Source: a phage. From it: a stretch of 51,474 bases of DNA. The translations under genes were made by a program, and so were the position numbers. Position 1 is the stretch's first letter. Every line of letters begins with the position of its first letter. The notes under the pieces are model-generated. The model worked only from the letters and a program-made list of their open reading frames with translations, was not told where the DNA came from and made no database searches. Below are positions 8,286 to 16,971 of this stretch, one piece after another. The DNA is taken from sequence record PZ445410.1; one strand, 5' to 3'.

Positions 8286-8312
8286 AAAGGCTGGTAAATC
8301 CAGCCTTTTTTA
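8286..8312 (+). terminator. intrinsic terminator-like hairpin (possible attenuator)
   Basis: AAAGGCTGG-TAAAT-CCAGCCTTT then TTTTT. Confidence 0.5.
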
Positions 8313-8326
8313 TTGGAGGAAAGATA

Positions 8327-9607
8327 ATGAGTAAATCACGAATCGTTAAGGCTGATGGCTATAACGAGATCTTTAAAGGCGAGAATTGCAAATCGCGAGT
8401 AGAGCAACCATTCTACATGCAATCAATGCCATACAAGACACTTGCTGACTTTTACGAAAAAGACGGCCTGGCAAAAAGGGTTATTGACGTAGTACCAGAG
8501 GAAATGGTTTCCCCTGGCTTCACGGTTGACGGCGTGGCAGACGAGGCAGCATTCCGTTCTTTGTGGGATGAGAAGCGATTGAATGCAAAAATTATTGATG
8601 CGCTTTGCTGGTCGCGTTTGTTTGGCGGATCTGCAATCATTGCTCTTGTTCAGGATGGTCGGGCGCTCAAATCACCTGTAAAACCTGGTGCCATGCTGGA
8701 AGACGTGCGCGTTTACGATCGTTATCAGATTCGCGTTGAAGCGCGAGAAACAAATCCCCGCAAGGTTCGCTATGGTGAGCCAGTGCTTTACACTGTAACG
8801 CCAGGCGGAGACTTGCCGGAATACCAGGTACACTACACGCGCGTTTGCATTATCGACGGCGAGCGGATACCTAACGCAAAGCGACGCAGCAATGATGGCT
8901 GGGGTGAGTCAGTTCTTAACAAGCGACTTGTTGAGGCTATTGTTGATTATAACTATTGTGAAACATTGGCAACGCAATTATTGCGGCGGAAGCAACAGGC
9001 TGTATGGAAGGCTAAAGGACTCGCTGACTTGTGCGATGATGAGGAAGGTGTTAGCGCGGCACGCCTGAGACTTGCGCAGGTTGACGACGAGGGCGGTGTT
9101 GGCAAAGCAATTGGTATTGATGCTGAGGATGAGGAATATGATGTTCTTAATTCTGACATCAGCGGCGTTGATTCTTTCTTGGAAAAGAAAATGGATCGCA
9201 TCGTTTCCCTTTCAGGTATTCATGAAATCATCCTGAAAAATAAAAACGTTGGCGGCGTTAGCGCAAGCCAAAACACGGCGCTTGAAACATTCTATAAGCT
9301 GATTGAACGAAAACGCATTGAGGATTACAAGCCTATCCTTGAATTTCTATTACCGTTCATCATTAGTGAGCAAGAGTGGAGCATTGAGTTTTCACCTTTG
9401 AGCGTACCTAGCGATAAAGATCAGGCTGAAATTCTGAATAAGAATATCGACTCAATCAGCAAGGCTATTGATGGTCAGTTCCTTGATGTTGAAGAAGCGC
9501 GAGACACGTTGCGAGCAATCGCCCCAAGCGTTAAACTAAAGGACACTAATAAAATCAAGCTGCCGGAGCCAGCGGAGCCGGAGCCAGGCACACAGGGGAA
9601 TGAGTAA
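8327..9607 (+). CDS. portal protein
   Basis: 426 aa; position after large terminase; acidic C-terminus. Confidence 0.7.
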   Translation: MSKSRIVKADGYNEIFKGENCKSRVEQPFYMQSMPYKTLADFYEKDGLAKRVIDVVPEEMVSPGFTVDGVADEAAFRSLWDEKRLNAKIIDALCWSRLFGGSAIIALVQDGRALKSPVKPGAMLEDVRVYDRYQIRVEARETNPRKVRYGEPVLYTVTPGGDLPEYQVHYTRVCIIDGERIPNAKRRSNDGWGESVLNKRLVEAIVDYNYCETLATQLLRRKQQAVWKAKGLADLCDDEEGVSAARLRLAQVDDEGGVGKAIGIDAEDEEYDVLNSDISGVDSFLEKKMDRIVSLSGIHEIILKNKNVGGVSASQNTALETFYKLIERKRIEDYKPILEFLLPFIISEQEWSIEFSPLSVPSDKDQAEILNKNIDSISKAIDGQFLDVEEARDTLRAIAPSVKLKDTNKIKLPEPAEPEPGTQGNE

Positions 9608-10371
9608 TGAAAGTGAAGGGCGTCGTTAAACAATGGCGCTTTCCTGAAGCAAGCGAGCGGCAATTTAGCCGCTCAATTCAGGAGGCAATTAGAGATCTTG
9701 TGGTTCTCATGCGCAAGCGAACAAAAGCGATGAAGTTTGACGCAACAGATAATGAGATCAACATCGCAGAAGATGAAATTAACAGCCTGGCAACTGACCT
9801 TATAGCTGGCATTGTTTCAGCTCTTCCTGCAATCGCGTTGACCATTTATAAATTCAATGCGAAGCAGTTTATCAATGTTGCCAAGTCAACTGGCGGAAAG
9901 GATAACACGGCGGTAATTGTTTTGATCGCGGTTGGCGCTAACGCTAACGAGGATTGGTATCAGACGCTATACGGTCAATGGCACGGGCTTACAGAATCAT
10001 CGCTAAGGAAGTTATTCACAAATATTGTGTCTGACTGGTCAACAAACATTCGCAATGCAAACTTTCGCGGAAGCAATGATAAACAGGTTAATGATCTTGC
10101 AGAAAAGAGATTTGCTGTTTATAGCTCCTGGGGTAAAACTAGATCAGAAAACATTATCGGCGCGTGGAATAGTCGCCTTATGCGCCAGCGCCTTTATGAT
10201 GCTAAGGTGACTCATTATTTCTGGCATGGAATGTTAGATGATAGAGAGCGCTTGCAGCATGTGTTATGGGAAGGTAAAAGAATAGCGCTTGATGCAATTC
10301 ATGATTTCCCTGGTGAGCCGTGGGGTTGCCGTTGCTGGGCGATTCCAGACTGGAATAATAAAGGAGAGTAA
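9607..10371 (+). CDS. head morphogenesis / minor capsid protein
   Basis: 254 aa directly after portal, ATGA overlap; assignment by gene order. Confidence 0.5.
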   Translation: MKVKGVVKQWRFPEASERQFSRSIQEAIRDLVVLMRKRTKAMKFDATDNEINIAEDEINSLATDLIAGIVSALPAIALTIYKFNAKQFINVAKSTGGKDNTAVIVLIAVGANANEDWYQTLYGQWHGLTESSLRKLFTNIVSDWSTNIRNANFRGSNDKQVNDLAEKRFAVYSSWGKTRSENIIGAWNSRLMRQRLYDAKVTHYFWHGMLDDRERLQHVLWEGKRIALDAIHDFPGEPWGCRCWAIPDWNNKGE

Positions 10372-10374
10372 TTA

Positions 10375-11487
10375 ATGAAGTCAAAACAAAGATTTGATAG
10401 CGTCCAGGTTAAGGCGCATTTTGATGATAATGGCTTTTTAGTGGATCGCCCAATTGTGGCGCGAATTGGTTTGCAGGAGTACCGCACACCGTATGGAATC
10501 AGACGAGAGTTCCGACCAGCGTCAGAGGTGTTTAAGGCTGATTCGCTTGCTACGTTCGCAGGCAAGCCGATCACTATCGGTCACGTCACAGTGACGCCAG
10601 ACAATGCGGATCAGGTTGTTGTTGGTTCATGCGCTGGCGCTGGTGTTCCAAATGGGATTGGCGTTGAAGTTCCGTTAAGCATTTACTCAAAGAGAGCAAT
10701 TGAGAGCGCAAAAAAGAAAGACACGGCGGAAATTTCAGTCGGTTACACATCGGTTGATATTGATAAGCCAGGATGGGGTAATAATAAAACTGGTGATTAC
10801 TTGTTTGAGGAAGACCTTAAGGAAGACTGGAAGCCTGATTCTCCTGATTGGGTTAAATTTGACGCCATTCAGACGAATATTCGTGTTAATCACATTGCGC
10901 TCGTCTTTCGTGGTCGTGCTGGAATTGCCAAATTAAATCTTGATAGCGAACAGGATTTTCCGTATAGTGACGAGGTTTCAAATGACAAAGGAGATGAGGA
11001 AATGACAGTAAAAATCAAACTTGATGGCGCGGTAGAATTTGATGTTCCAAAGGCCGTTGCTGATCATATTGAGGCGCTAAAGGCTGACGCAAAAGCTGCA
11101 ACCGAAAAAGCTGATGGCCTTGAGGCAGAGCGCGACGCCCTGAAAACTAAAGTCGATGGCATTCCGGCGCAGATTGCAGAAGCTGTTAAGAAGGCGAAGA
11201 CTGACGCAGAAGAACACGCCAAGCTGGTTGCAGATGCAACTGAAATTGGCATCAAGTGTGACGGCTTGGACGCTAAAGCGATCAAGGTTGCTTACGTCAA
11301 AGAAGTCACTGGCGCTGATATTTCAGAAAAAGCCGATGCATATATTGAAACAGCTTTTGACCTTGCGAAGCAGTCTGATAAAATGGCGGCGCAGCGTAAA
11401 TCTGTTAAGGGCGATTCTTTCGAGTCTGGCAAGAGTGAAAAAACCGACTCCCTTGATCCGACTGCGCGTTTGAAAAAACTTAAATAA
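10375..11487 (+). CDS. putative prohead protease and/or scaffolding protein
   Basis: 370 aa; C-terminal coiled-coil-like Ala/Lys/Glu-rich region; position before capsid genes. Confidence 0.4.
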   Translation: MKSKQRFDSVQVKAHFDDNGFLVDRPIVARIGLQEYRTPYGIRREFRPASEVFKADSLATFAGKPITIGHVTVTPDNADQVVVGSCAGAGVPNGIGVEVPLSIYSKRAIESAKKKDTAEISVGYTSVDIDKPGWGNNKTGDYLFEEDLKEDWKPDSPDWVKFDAIQTNIRVNHIALVFRGRAGIAKLNLDSEQDFPYSDEVSNDKGDEEMTVKIKLDGAVEFDVPKAVADHIEALKADAKAATEKADGLEAERDALKTKVDGIPAQIAEAVKKAKTDAEEHAKLVADATEIGIKCDGLDAKAIKVAYVKEVTGADISEKADAYIETAFDLAKQSDKMAAQRKSVKGDSFESGKSEKTDSLDPTARLKKLK

Positions 11488-11499
11488 GGAGAAATAAAC

Positions 11500-12012
11500 A
11501 TGGCTACAATTGGAGCAAGTTATTTTGCTGTAATGTCTCGTGCGTTACCTGGTCAGGTTTCTGACACTTCAGCTTATAATATTGATAGCGCTTGTGTTCT
11601 TGAGAATGCGGCAGGCAATCAGAATCAGTCTGTTTTTGTTGGTGTGGCGGTCCAGCATGGCGGCGTTGATGCGATGGGTAATAAACTGATCAAGCCCATG
11701 GCGGCAAGCGGCAAGGCTTACGGCGTTGCAATTCGATCTCACTTTCAGACAACTTCGTCTGACGGTCGAATGATTTATGAATCTGGCGGCGGGATCAACG
11801 TAATGACTGAAGGGCGTGTTTGGATGTTGGCTAAAGACGCATCCGCGCCAGCGTTCGGCGCTACAATCAAACTTTCTGATGATGGTCAGGTTGATACCGC
11901 GTCTGGCACTATCGAAACAAACTGGATCGCGACTGGTGATTTCACCGAGTTTCAAGGCTTGAAGCTGGTAGAGGTTCAGGTGCAAAAAGTTCCGGCAGTT
12001 TCAGCAGGTTAA
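11500..12012 (+). CDS. structural protein, paralog 1 (possible head decoration protein)
   Basis: Shares GVAV...VW.L...AP..G...DG....G...W(I)..TG pattern with the next ORF. Confidence 0.5.
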   Translation: MATIGASYFAVMSRALPGQVSDTSAYNIDSACVLENAAGNQNQSVFVGVAVQHGGVDAMGNKLIKPMAASGKAYGVAIRSHFQTTSSDGRMIYESGGGINVMTEGRVWMLAKDASAPAFGATIKLSDDGQVDTASGTIETNWIATGDFTEFQGLKLVEVQVQKVPAVSAG

Positions 12013-12019
12013 TAAATAT

Positions 12020-12042
12020 GGCGCTCACTGAGCGCCTTTTTT
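12020..12042 (+). terminator. intrinsic terminator
   Basis: GGCGCTC-ACTG-AGCGCC then TTTTTT. Confidence 0.55.
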
Positions 12043-12057
12043 ATATTTGGGGTTATC

Positions 12058-12492
12058 ATGAGTGATTATTCAGTCATTGTTGGCGCTGAGTCGCCAGGGT
12101 GCATGGTCGATTCTTCAATAATGGTGATTAACGGATCTTTCGTGTGCGGAGATGAATTTATTGCGCCAGGTAAGATTGTGCGACTATCACATATAACAAA
12201 TGGATACAAAATAGCAAGTGTTAATGGGGATCTTGTTATTGGCGTGGCAGTAAGGCCGCCGGACTCGTGCATATATGAGGAGTGTGATCCCGTCAATGTG
12301 GTTAGTAGAGGTAGTGTGTGGTGCTTAACTTCTGAGAGCGAAGCGCCAGAATATGGAGATAAAGTATTTGTAACGCAAGATGGAGATGCGGCATACAGTG
12401 AAGGCGACTTGCTGACTGGTTGGATCTTTACTGGCGAACATGTAAAGATTGATCATGATTCATATATTGTCGGGGTAAGCATTATCGCATAA
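12058..12492 (+). CDS. structural protein, paralog 2
   Basis: Tandem paralog of 11500..12012. Confidence 0.5.
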   Translation: MSDYSVIVGAESPGCMVDSSIMVINGSFVCGDEFIAPGKIVRLSHITNGYKIASVNGDLVIGVAVRPPDSCIYEECDPVNVVSRGSVWCLTSESEAPEYGDKVFVTQDGDAAYSEGDLLTGWIFTGEHVKIDHDSYIVGVSIIA

Positions 12493-12504
12493 CACAAAAT
12501 TATG

Positions 12505-12532
12505 TTGCACGTTTAACAAAAAATGCTATCAT
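12505..12532 (+). promoter_or_regulatory. sigma70-type promoter (TTGCAC, 16 nt, TATCAT)
   Basis: Hexamers with 16-nt spacer; spacer contains a reverse-oriented partial TAGCAC-box (TTAACAAAAAATGCTA). Confidence 0.4.
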
Positions 12533-12575
12533 TGTGGCGTTACATACTAACAGCCTTTATATATGGAGGAAGAAA

Positions 12576-13550
12576 ATGGAAAAAGAAAAATTTGATCAGC
12601 TAGATGCAGATATTGTTTCTAGTTATCTGGCTACTCGCGGCGTTAAAGGTGATGCGTCCGATATGGGTATTTGGACCGCTCAAGAGCTACACAAGATTCG
12701 CTCTAATGCTTACGAGAAAGAGTATCCGGCAGGTTCGGCGCTTCGTGTGTTCCCTGTAACTAATGAGCTTTCTGATACTGATAAGACTTTTGAATACCAG
12801 ACTTTTGATAAAGTTGGTTACGCAAAAATTATCGCTGATTATACCGACGACCTGCCAACTGTTGACGCTTTAATGTCCAGCGAGTTTGGTAAGGTGTTCC
12901 GACTTGGTAACGCGTTCTTGATCTCCATTGACGAAATCAAGGCTGGTCAGCGTACTGGTAAGAGCCTTTCCACTCGCAAGGCAAACGCAGCGCAAAACGC
13001 TCATGATCAGGAAGTTAACCGCCTGGTGTTTAAGGGTTCAAAGCCGCATAAGATTCTTTCGGTGTTTGAGCACCCTAACCTGACAAAGATCGTGTCAACT
13101 GGCTGGTTAAGTGCTGATGAAAACACTAAGTTCCCGCAGGCGGCATCTGATGAACTGGAAAAGGCTATTGAAACAATTCAGACCATCACCAATGGTCAGC
13201 ATCGAGCAACCAACATCCTGATTCCGCCGTCTATGCGCAAGGTTCTTTCCGTTCGAATGGAAAACACCACTGAAAGTTATCTGGAATACTTCCAGAAACA
13301 AAACAGCGGAATCACCATTGACTCAATCGCAGAGCTTGAGGATATTGATGGCACAGGAACGAAAGGTTGCCTGGTATATGAGAAAGACCCGATGAACATG
13401 TCGATCGAAATTCCAGAAGCATTTAACATGCTTCCGGCGCAACCAAAAGATCTGCATTTCAAAGTTCCGTGCACTTCAAAATGTACTGGCCTGACGATTT
13501 ACCGTCCGTTTACGCTAGTGCTTATTACTGGCTTGAAAAAATCAGGTTAA
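12576..13550 (+). CDS. major capsid protein (putative)
   Basis: 324 aa, GGAGGAAGAAA RBS, own promoter and strong terminator downstream; assignment by position and size. Confidence 0.55.
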   Translation: MEKEKFDQLDADIVSSYLATRGVKGDASDMGIWTAQELHKIRSNAYEKEYPAGSALRVFPVTNELSDTDKTFEYQTFDKVGYAKIIADYTDDLPTVDALMSSEFGKVFRLGNAFLISIDEIKAGQRTGKSLSTRKANAAQNAHDQEVNRLVFKGSKPHKILSVFEHPNLTKIVSTGWLSADENTKFPQAASDELEKAIETIQTITNGQHRATNILIPPSMRKVLSVRMENTTESYLEYFQKQNSGITIDSIAELEDIDGTGTKGCLVYEKDPMNMSIEIPEAFNMLPAQPKDLHFKVPCTSKCTGLTIYRPFTLVLITGLKKSG

Positions 13551-13563
13551 TCGTATAACATTG

Positions 13564-13593
13564 GGGAATCCTTAACTGGATTCCCTTTTTTTA
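13564..13593 (+). terminator. intrinsic terminator
   Basis: GGGAATCC-TTAACT-GGATTCCC then T8. Confidence 0.7.
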
Positions 13594-13607
13594 TTGGAGG
13601 TTATGAA

Positions 13608-13880
13608 ATGGCTAAAGAAAAAACTGTAACGCTAAAGGTTTCCGGCGTGTGCCTTATCATTGTTGATGGTGAGCATTATCATCCAGGCAAAGAGTTTGAC
13701 GTAGAAGAATCAAAATTGAAAACAAGCGCGTTTGAATATCTAATTGCAAAAGGCGATCTGGAGGTTAAAGACAACTCCGCATTGAATGAAGAAATCAAAC
13801 AGAGCGCAGCAAGCAAACGTAAAAAAGACCCGCGAGAGGGCAAGAGCAAAGCCGAACTTGAAGACGGCGGCATCTATTAA
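13608..13880 (+). CDS. hypothetical structural protein (90 aa)
   Basis: ORF with GGAGG RBS. Confidence 0.5.
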   Translation: MAKEKTVTLKVSGVCLIIVDGEHYHPGKEFDVEESKLKTSAFEYLIAKGDLEVKDNSALNEEIKQSAASKRKKDPREGKSKAELEDGGIY

Positions 13881-13927
13881 TAAAGAGGGCGCTATAAGCG
13901 CCCTTTGTCATATCTGGAGGAAACACA

Positions 13928-14344
13928 ATGGTTGATGAATTTTTCACTGACGCAGAAATCACGCAGCAAATCGTGAAATTAGCTCCACCGATGAAACAGA
14001 TTGATCCAGATTTAATGGTGGCATGGATTGATCTGGCAAAGGAATTTGTTTGCAAGAAGCGGTTTAAAGAATCATATCCAAAAGCGGTTGCCCTTTATAC
14101 GTTGCACCTTATGACGCTTGACGGAGCTATGAAGCAAGAAGGGGAAAGCGTAGAGAGTTACTCGCGGCGCGTGGCGTCATTTTCCCTGACTGGTGAATTT
14201 AGTCAGACATTTGATCGCGTGTCAGGCGATTCAAGCGGAAAAGAGATTAGACAAACTCCGTGGGGCAAAATGTATGAGACGTTAAATAGAAAAAAAGGCG
14301 GTGGATTTGGCCTTGTGACTGGATTTCGGAGGCGCTGCAAATGA
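13928..14344 (+). CDS. head-tail connector / adaptor protein (putative)
   Basis: Position between capsid and tail genes. Confidence 0.4.
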   Translation: MVDEFFTDAEITQQIVKLAPPMKQIDPDLMVAWIDLAKEFVCKKRFKESYPKAVALYTLHLMTLDGAMKQEGESVESYSRRVASFSLTGEFSQTFDRVSGDSSGKEIRQTPWGKMYETLNRKKGGGFGLVTGFRRRCK

Positions 14345-14712
14345 ACTATAACGAGATCGCAAGAATGGCAACCGAAGGAATTAACTTCTTTAGTGATGGC
14401 AACGGTGAGTTTAAGTGCATAACGCAGCGCGGAAGCGTTGAAATCATCGGAGGCGAAGAAGTAGAAAAGCCAGAGATTAGTGTAATGATTAAGGGTTTAA
14501 TTAGATCCCCCAAAGTCAGAGAGGTTGACGGCGAGACAATACGAGTAACCGATAAGTTGGGAGTTTTTAACAATAAAGTTGAAATTAAGAACGGGTATCA
14601 TATTGATGTTGATGGTGAATTATATGTTGTAGTTGAAGCAAGACCAATCAGACAAACCAATGTCACTGTTGCTTATCGGCCTATTTTGAGAAGGATTTCT
14701 GTACATGGCTAA
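14341..14712 (+). CDS. head closure / neck protein (putative)
   Basis: ATGA overlap; gene order. Confidence 0.4.
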   Translation: MNYNEIARMATEGINFFSDGNGEFKCITQRGSVEIIGGEEVEKPEISVMIKGLIRSPKVREVDGETIRVTDKLGVFNNKVEIKNGYHIDVDGELYVVVEARPIRQTNVTVAYRPILRRISVHG

Positions 14713-15148
14713 AAACTACACGATAAGGGAATTTCACGGCAACATTGATGCGTGGATAAACGCCGTTGATAATGGCCTGAAAGATTGCGTTGAGTTGTTC
14801 GCCGAAAAAGTGCATACAGATCTTGTTAAGCGTTCTCCGGTTGATACTGGTCGTTACCGTGCAAACTGGCAGGTAACAGCAAACAAGCCGCCATTGTATG
14901 CGCTTAACCAGTACGATAAGCACGGAGACAAAACGATCGCGGAAGGCAAGCGAGCCATATACGCGATTTTACGAGGTGGCGGCGCAGTAAGAGCCATTTA
15001 TTTTTCTAACATGCTTATTTATGCTAACGCGCTTGAGTACGGTCATTCAAAACAAGCGCCAGCGGGTGTGCTTGGGGTTGTAGCGGTTAAGTTGAGATCT
15101 TATATGGCTGAAGCAATAAAAGAGTCGAGGGCTAAAAATGCACTATGA
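14705..15148 (+). CDS. tail completion protein (putative)
   Basis: Gene order. Confidence 0.4.
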   Translation: MAKNYTIREFHGNIDAWINAVDNGLKDCVELFAEKVHTDLVKRSPVDTGRYRANWQVTANKPPLYALNQYDKHGDKTIAEGKRAIYAILRGGGAVRAIYFSNMLIYANALEYGHSKQAPAGVLGVVAVKLRSYMAEAIKESRAKNAL

Positions 15149-15536
15149 ATTAATGCTATCGGCGCGTAAGGCGCTGGCGACTGAATACGAAAGCAGATTC
15201 ATGATCGCTTATGAAAACGTAGAGTTTACGCCACCTGGTGACGGTTCGCCGTGGTTGAAGTTTGACTATGCCGAAGTTGACACAGAATACTTGTCATTGG
15301 ATCGCAAATGCGTTTCTTATATCGGAATGATTCAGGTTGGTATTGTGTTTCCACCAGGTTACGGAACTGACAGGCCGCGCGTTCTAGCTAAAGAGATTGC
15401 GCAATTCTTTTACGATGGTAAAATGCTGGAGCATGGTTATATATATGAGGGTGCAAGAGTTCACAAGCCGCTCAAGAGTGAAAGCGGTTGGATTCTCCCA
15501 ATAAGGTTTTATGTTCGAATTGAAACAAAGGAGTAA
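15138..15536 (+). CDS. tail terminator protein (putative)
   Basis: Gene order, immediately before major tail protein. Confidence 0.4.
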   Translation: MHYELMLSARKALATEYESRFMIAYENVEFTPPGDGSPWLKFDYAEVDTEYLSLDRKCVSYIGMIQVGIVFPPGYGTDRPRVLAKEIAQFFYDGKMLEHGYIYEGARVHKPLKSESGWILPIRFYVRIETKE

Positions 15537-15541
15537 AAATT

Positions 15542-16204
15542 ATGCATTTACCAAATGGATCGCAAATTTTCGTTGAGAGCAATCGCGGAAGCGAAATCCA
15601 AGCAACAGCAGTGTCAAACGCCAAAGATCCTGTTTTCACTGTTGCATCTGGCGGCACTGCGTACAAGAAAGGTGATTATGTGATCATCACTGCGTCTTCT
15701 TGGGGTAAGCTGATTGATCGTGTTATGCGTGTAAAGGCTAACGGTGAAGAAACAAGCGTAACTCTTGAAGGCGTAGATACTACTGATCAGAACGTTTTCC
15801 CGTCTGGCGGTACTGCATCTTTTGCCAAAATTGATGCATGGACTGAGATCCCTTGCGTTCAGGATTTGTCGCAGGACGGCGGCGAACAGCAATACTACAC
15901 TTATCAGTGTTTGGCAGACGATCAGGAACAGCAGTTACCTACCTATAAGAGCGCAGTTTCTCTGACATACACTTTTGCTCACGAATACGATAACGCGATC
16001 TATCCGCTATTGCGTTCAGCAGATGAATCAGGCGCTGTAACGGCGCTTCGTATGTATGTACCAAAAGCAAAAGAGATGCGTTGCTGGGCTGGTGTACTTT
16101 CGTTTAACGAAATCCCGCAGACCACAGTTAACGAAATGGAAACTGTTTCCCTTTCTGTATCACTGAAAGGTCGATTCACCTTTCTACCTTCTCAAGTAGA
16201 GTAA
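15542..16204 (+). CDS. major tail protein
   Basis: 220 aa, strong terminator after it, directly upstream of G/GT chaperone and tape measure. Confidence 0.6.
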   Translation: MHLPNGSQIFVESNRGSEIQATAVSNAKDPVFTVASGGTAYKKGDYVIITASSWGKLIDRVMRVKANGEETSVTLEGVDTTDQNVFPSGGTASFAKIDAWTEIPCVQDLSQDGGEQQYYTYQCLADDQEQQLPTYKSAVSLTYTFAHEYDNAIYPLLRSADESGAVTALRMYVPKAKEMRCWAGVLSFNEIPQTTVNEMETVSLSVSLKGRFTFLPSQVE

Positions 16205-16207
16205 TAA

Positions 16208-16232
16208 CAAGGGGCGTTGCGCCCCTTTTTTT
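16208..16232 (+). terminator. intrinsic terminator
   Basis: GGGGCG-TTG-CGCCCC then T7. Confidence 0.7.
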
Positions 16233-16246
16233 GTTACTGTACAATC

Positions 16247-16289
16247 ATGATACACGATTCATAATCAATTCTTTTAACAAAAAGTGCTA
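16247..16289 (-). promoter_or_regulatory. TAGCAC-box cassette in reverse orientation (TATCAT at canonical spacing)
   Basis: Exact reverse complement of the motif 15 nt upstream of the G gene ATG; points into the 16208-16232 terminator. Confidence 0.3.
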
Positions 16290-16303
16290 TCAAGGAGAAA
16301 GAA

Positions 16304-16621
16304 ATGTCAAAAATGAAATTGACGATTGGGCCGCTTCCTGACTTTAAATTACCAGTGAAATTTGCAATGCCTAACGGAGAAGATCAAACAATTATCTTCA
16401 CAGTTCGCCACCGCAAAACAAGTGAGATTCACGAGCGCTACACGTCAGATACTCCAATGAGCGATGTTGAAATGATCACCTTCCTTGCTTCTGGTTGGAA
16501 TCTTGATGATGAATTTAACGAAGAAAATATTAAACAGCTTCTTGATTACTACCCAGCAACAGCAATCGGATTAACTAGCGCATACATGAAAGCGCTTGCG
16601 GGGCAGCGAGTAAAAAACTAA
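16304..16621 (+). CDS. tail assembly chaperone (gpG-like)
   Basis: 105 aa ORF before tape measure, ends just after slippery heptamer. Confidence 0.65.
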   Translation: MSKMKLTIGPLPDFKLPVKFAMPNGEDQTIIFTVRHRKTSEIHERYTSDTPMSDVEMITFLASGWNLDDEFNEENIKQLLDYYPATAIGLTSAYMKALAGQRVKN

Positions 16622-16932
16622 AAAGGGCGGTTTACCTGTTTTATCAGAAACCGCCGACAGATGCAGAGCTTGAGGCTGTTGGCCTTACAAGGGCAGACTA
16701 TGAAGGAGAAGATCCGCCAGAGGTTATATTTGATGAAAGCATGATGCAATCATGGGATATATTTTGCGCAATGCAAACGCAATGGAGATGTTCTGGCGGT
16801 GGAGCTTACGGATTTGATTATAATGTCTTGCCTATGCTTTTTGAGATTTACAAGGTTGAGGATCGCGAGATGGCGCTAAACGACTTGCGAATCATGGAGC
16901 AAAAAGCACTTGAAATGATGCATTCAAAATAA
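16304..16932 (+). CDS. tail assembly chaperone G-T fusion via programmed -1 frameshift at A_AAA_AAC (16612-16618)
   Basis: -1 frame is open from 16579 to 16932; canonical X_XXY_YYZ heptamer 2 codons before G stop. Confidence 0.55.
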
Positions 16933-16953
16933 GCGCCTACGGGCGCTTTTTTA
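16932..16953 (+). terminator. intrinsic terminator
   Basis: AGCGCC-TACG-GGCGCT then TTTTTT. Confidence 0.6.
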
Positions 16954-16971
16954 TTACCTGGAGGATTAATA

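Noticed and set aside
16741-16932. Independent 63-aa ORF between G and the tape measure gene
   Set aside because: Better explained as the T portion of a G-T fusion made by -1 frameshifting at 16612-16618.
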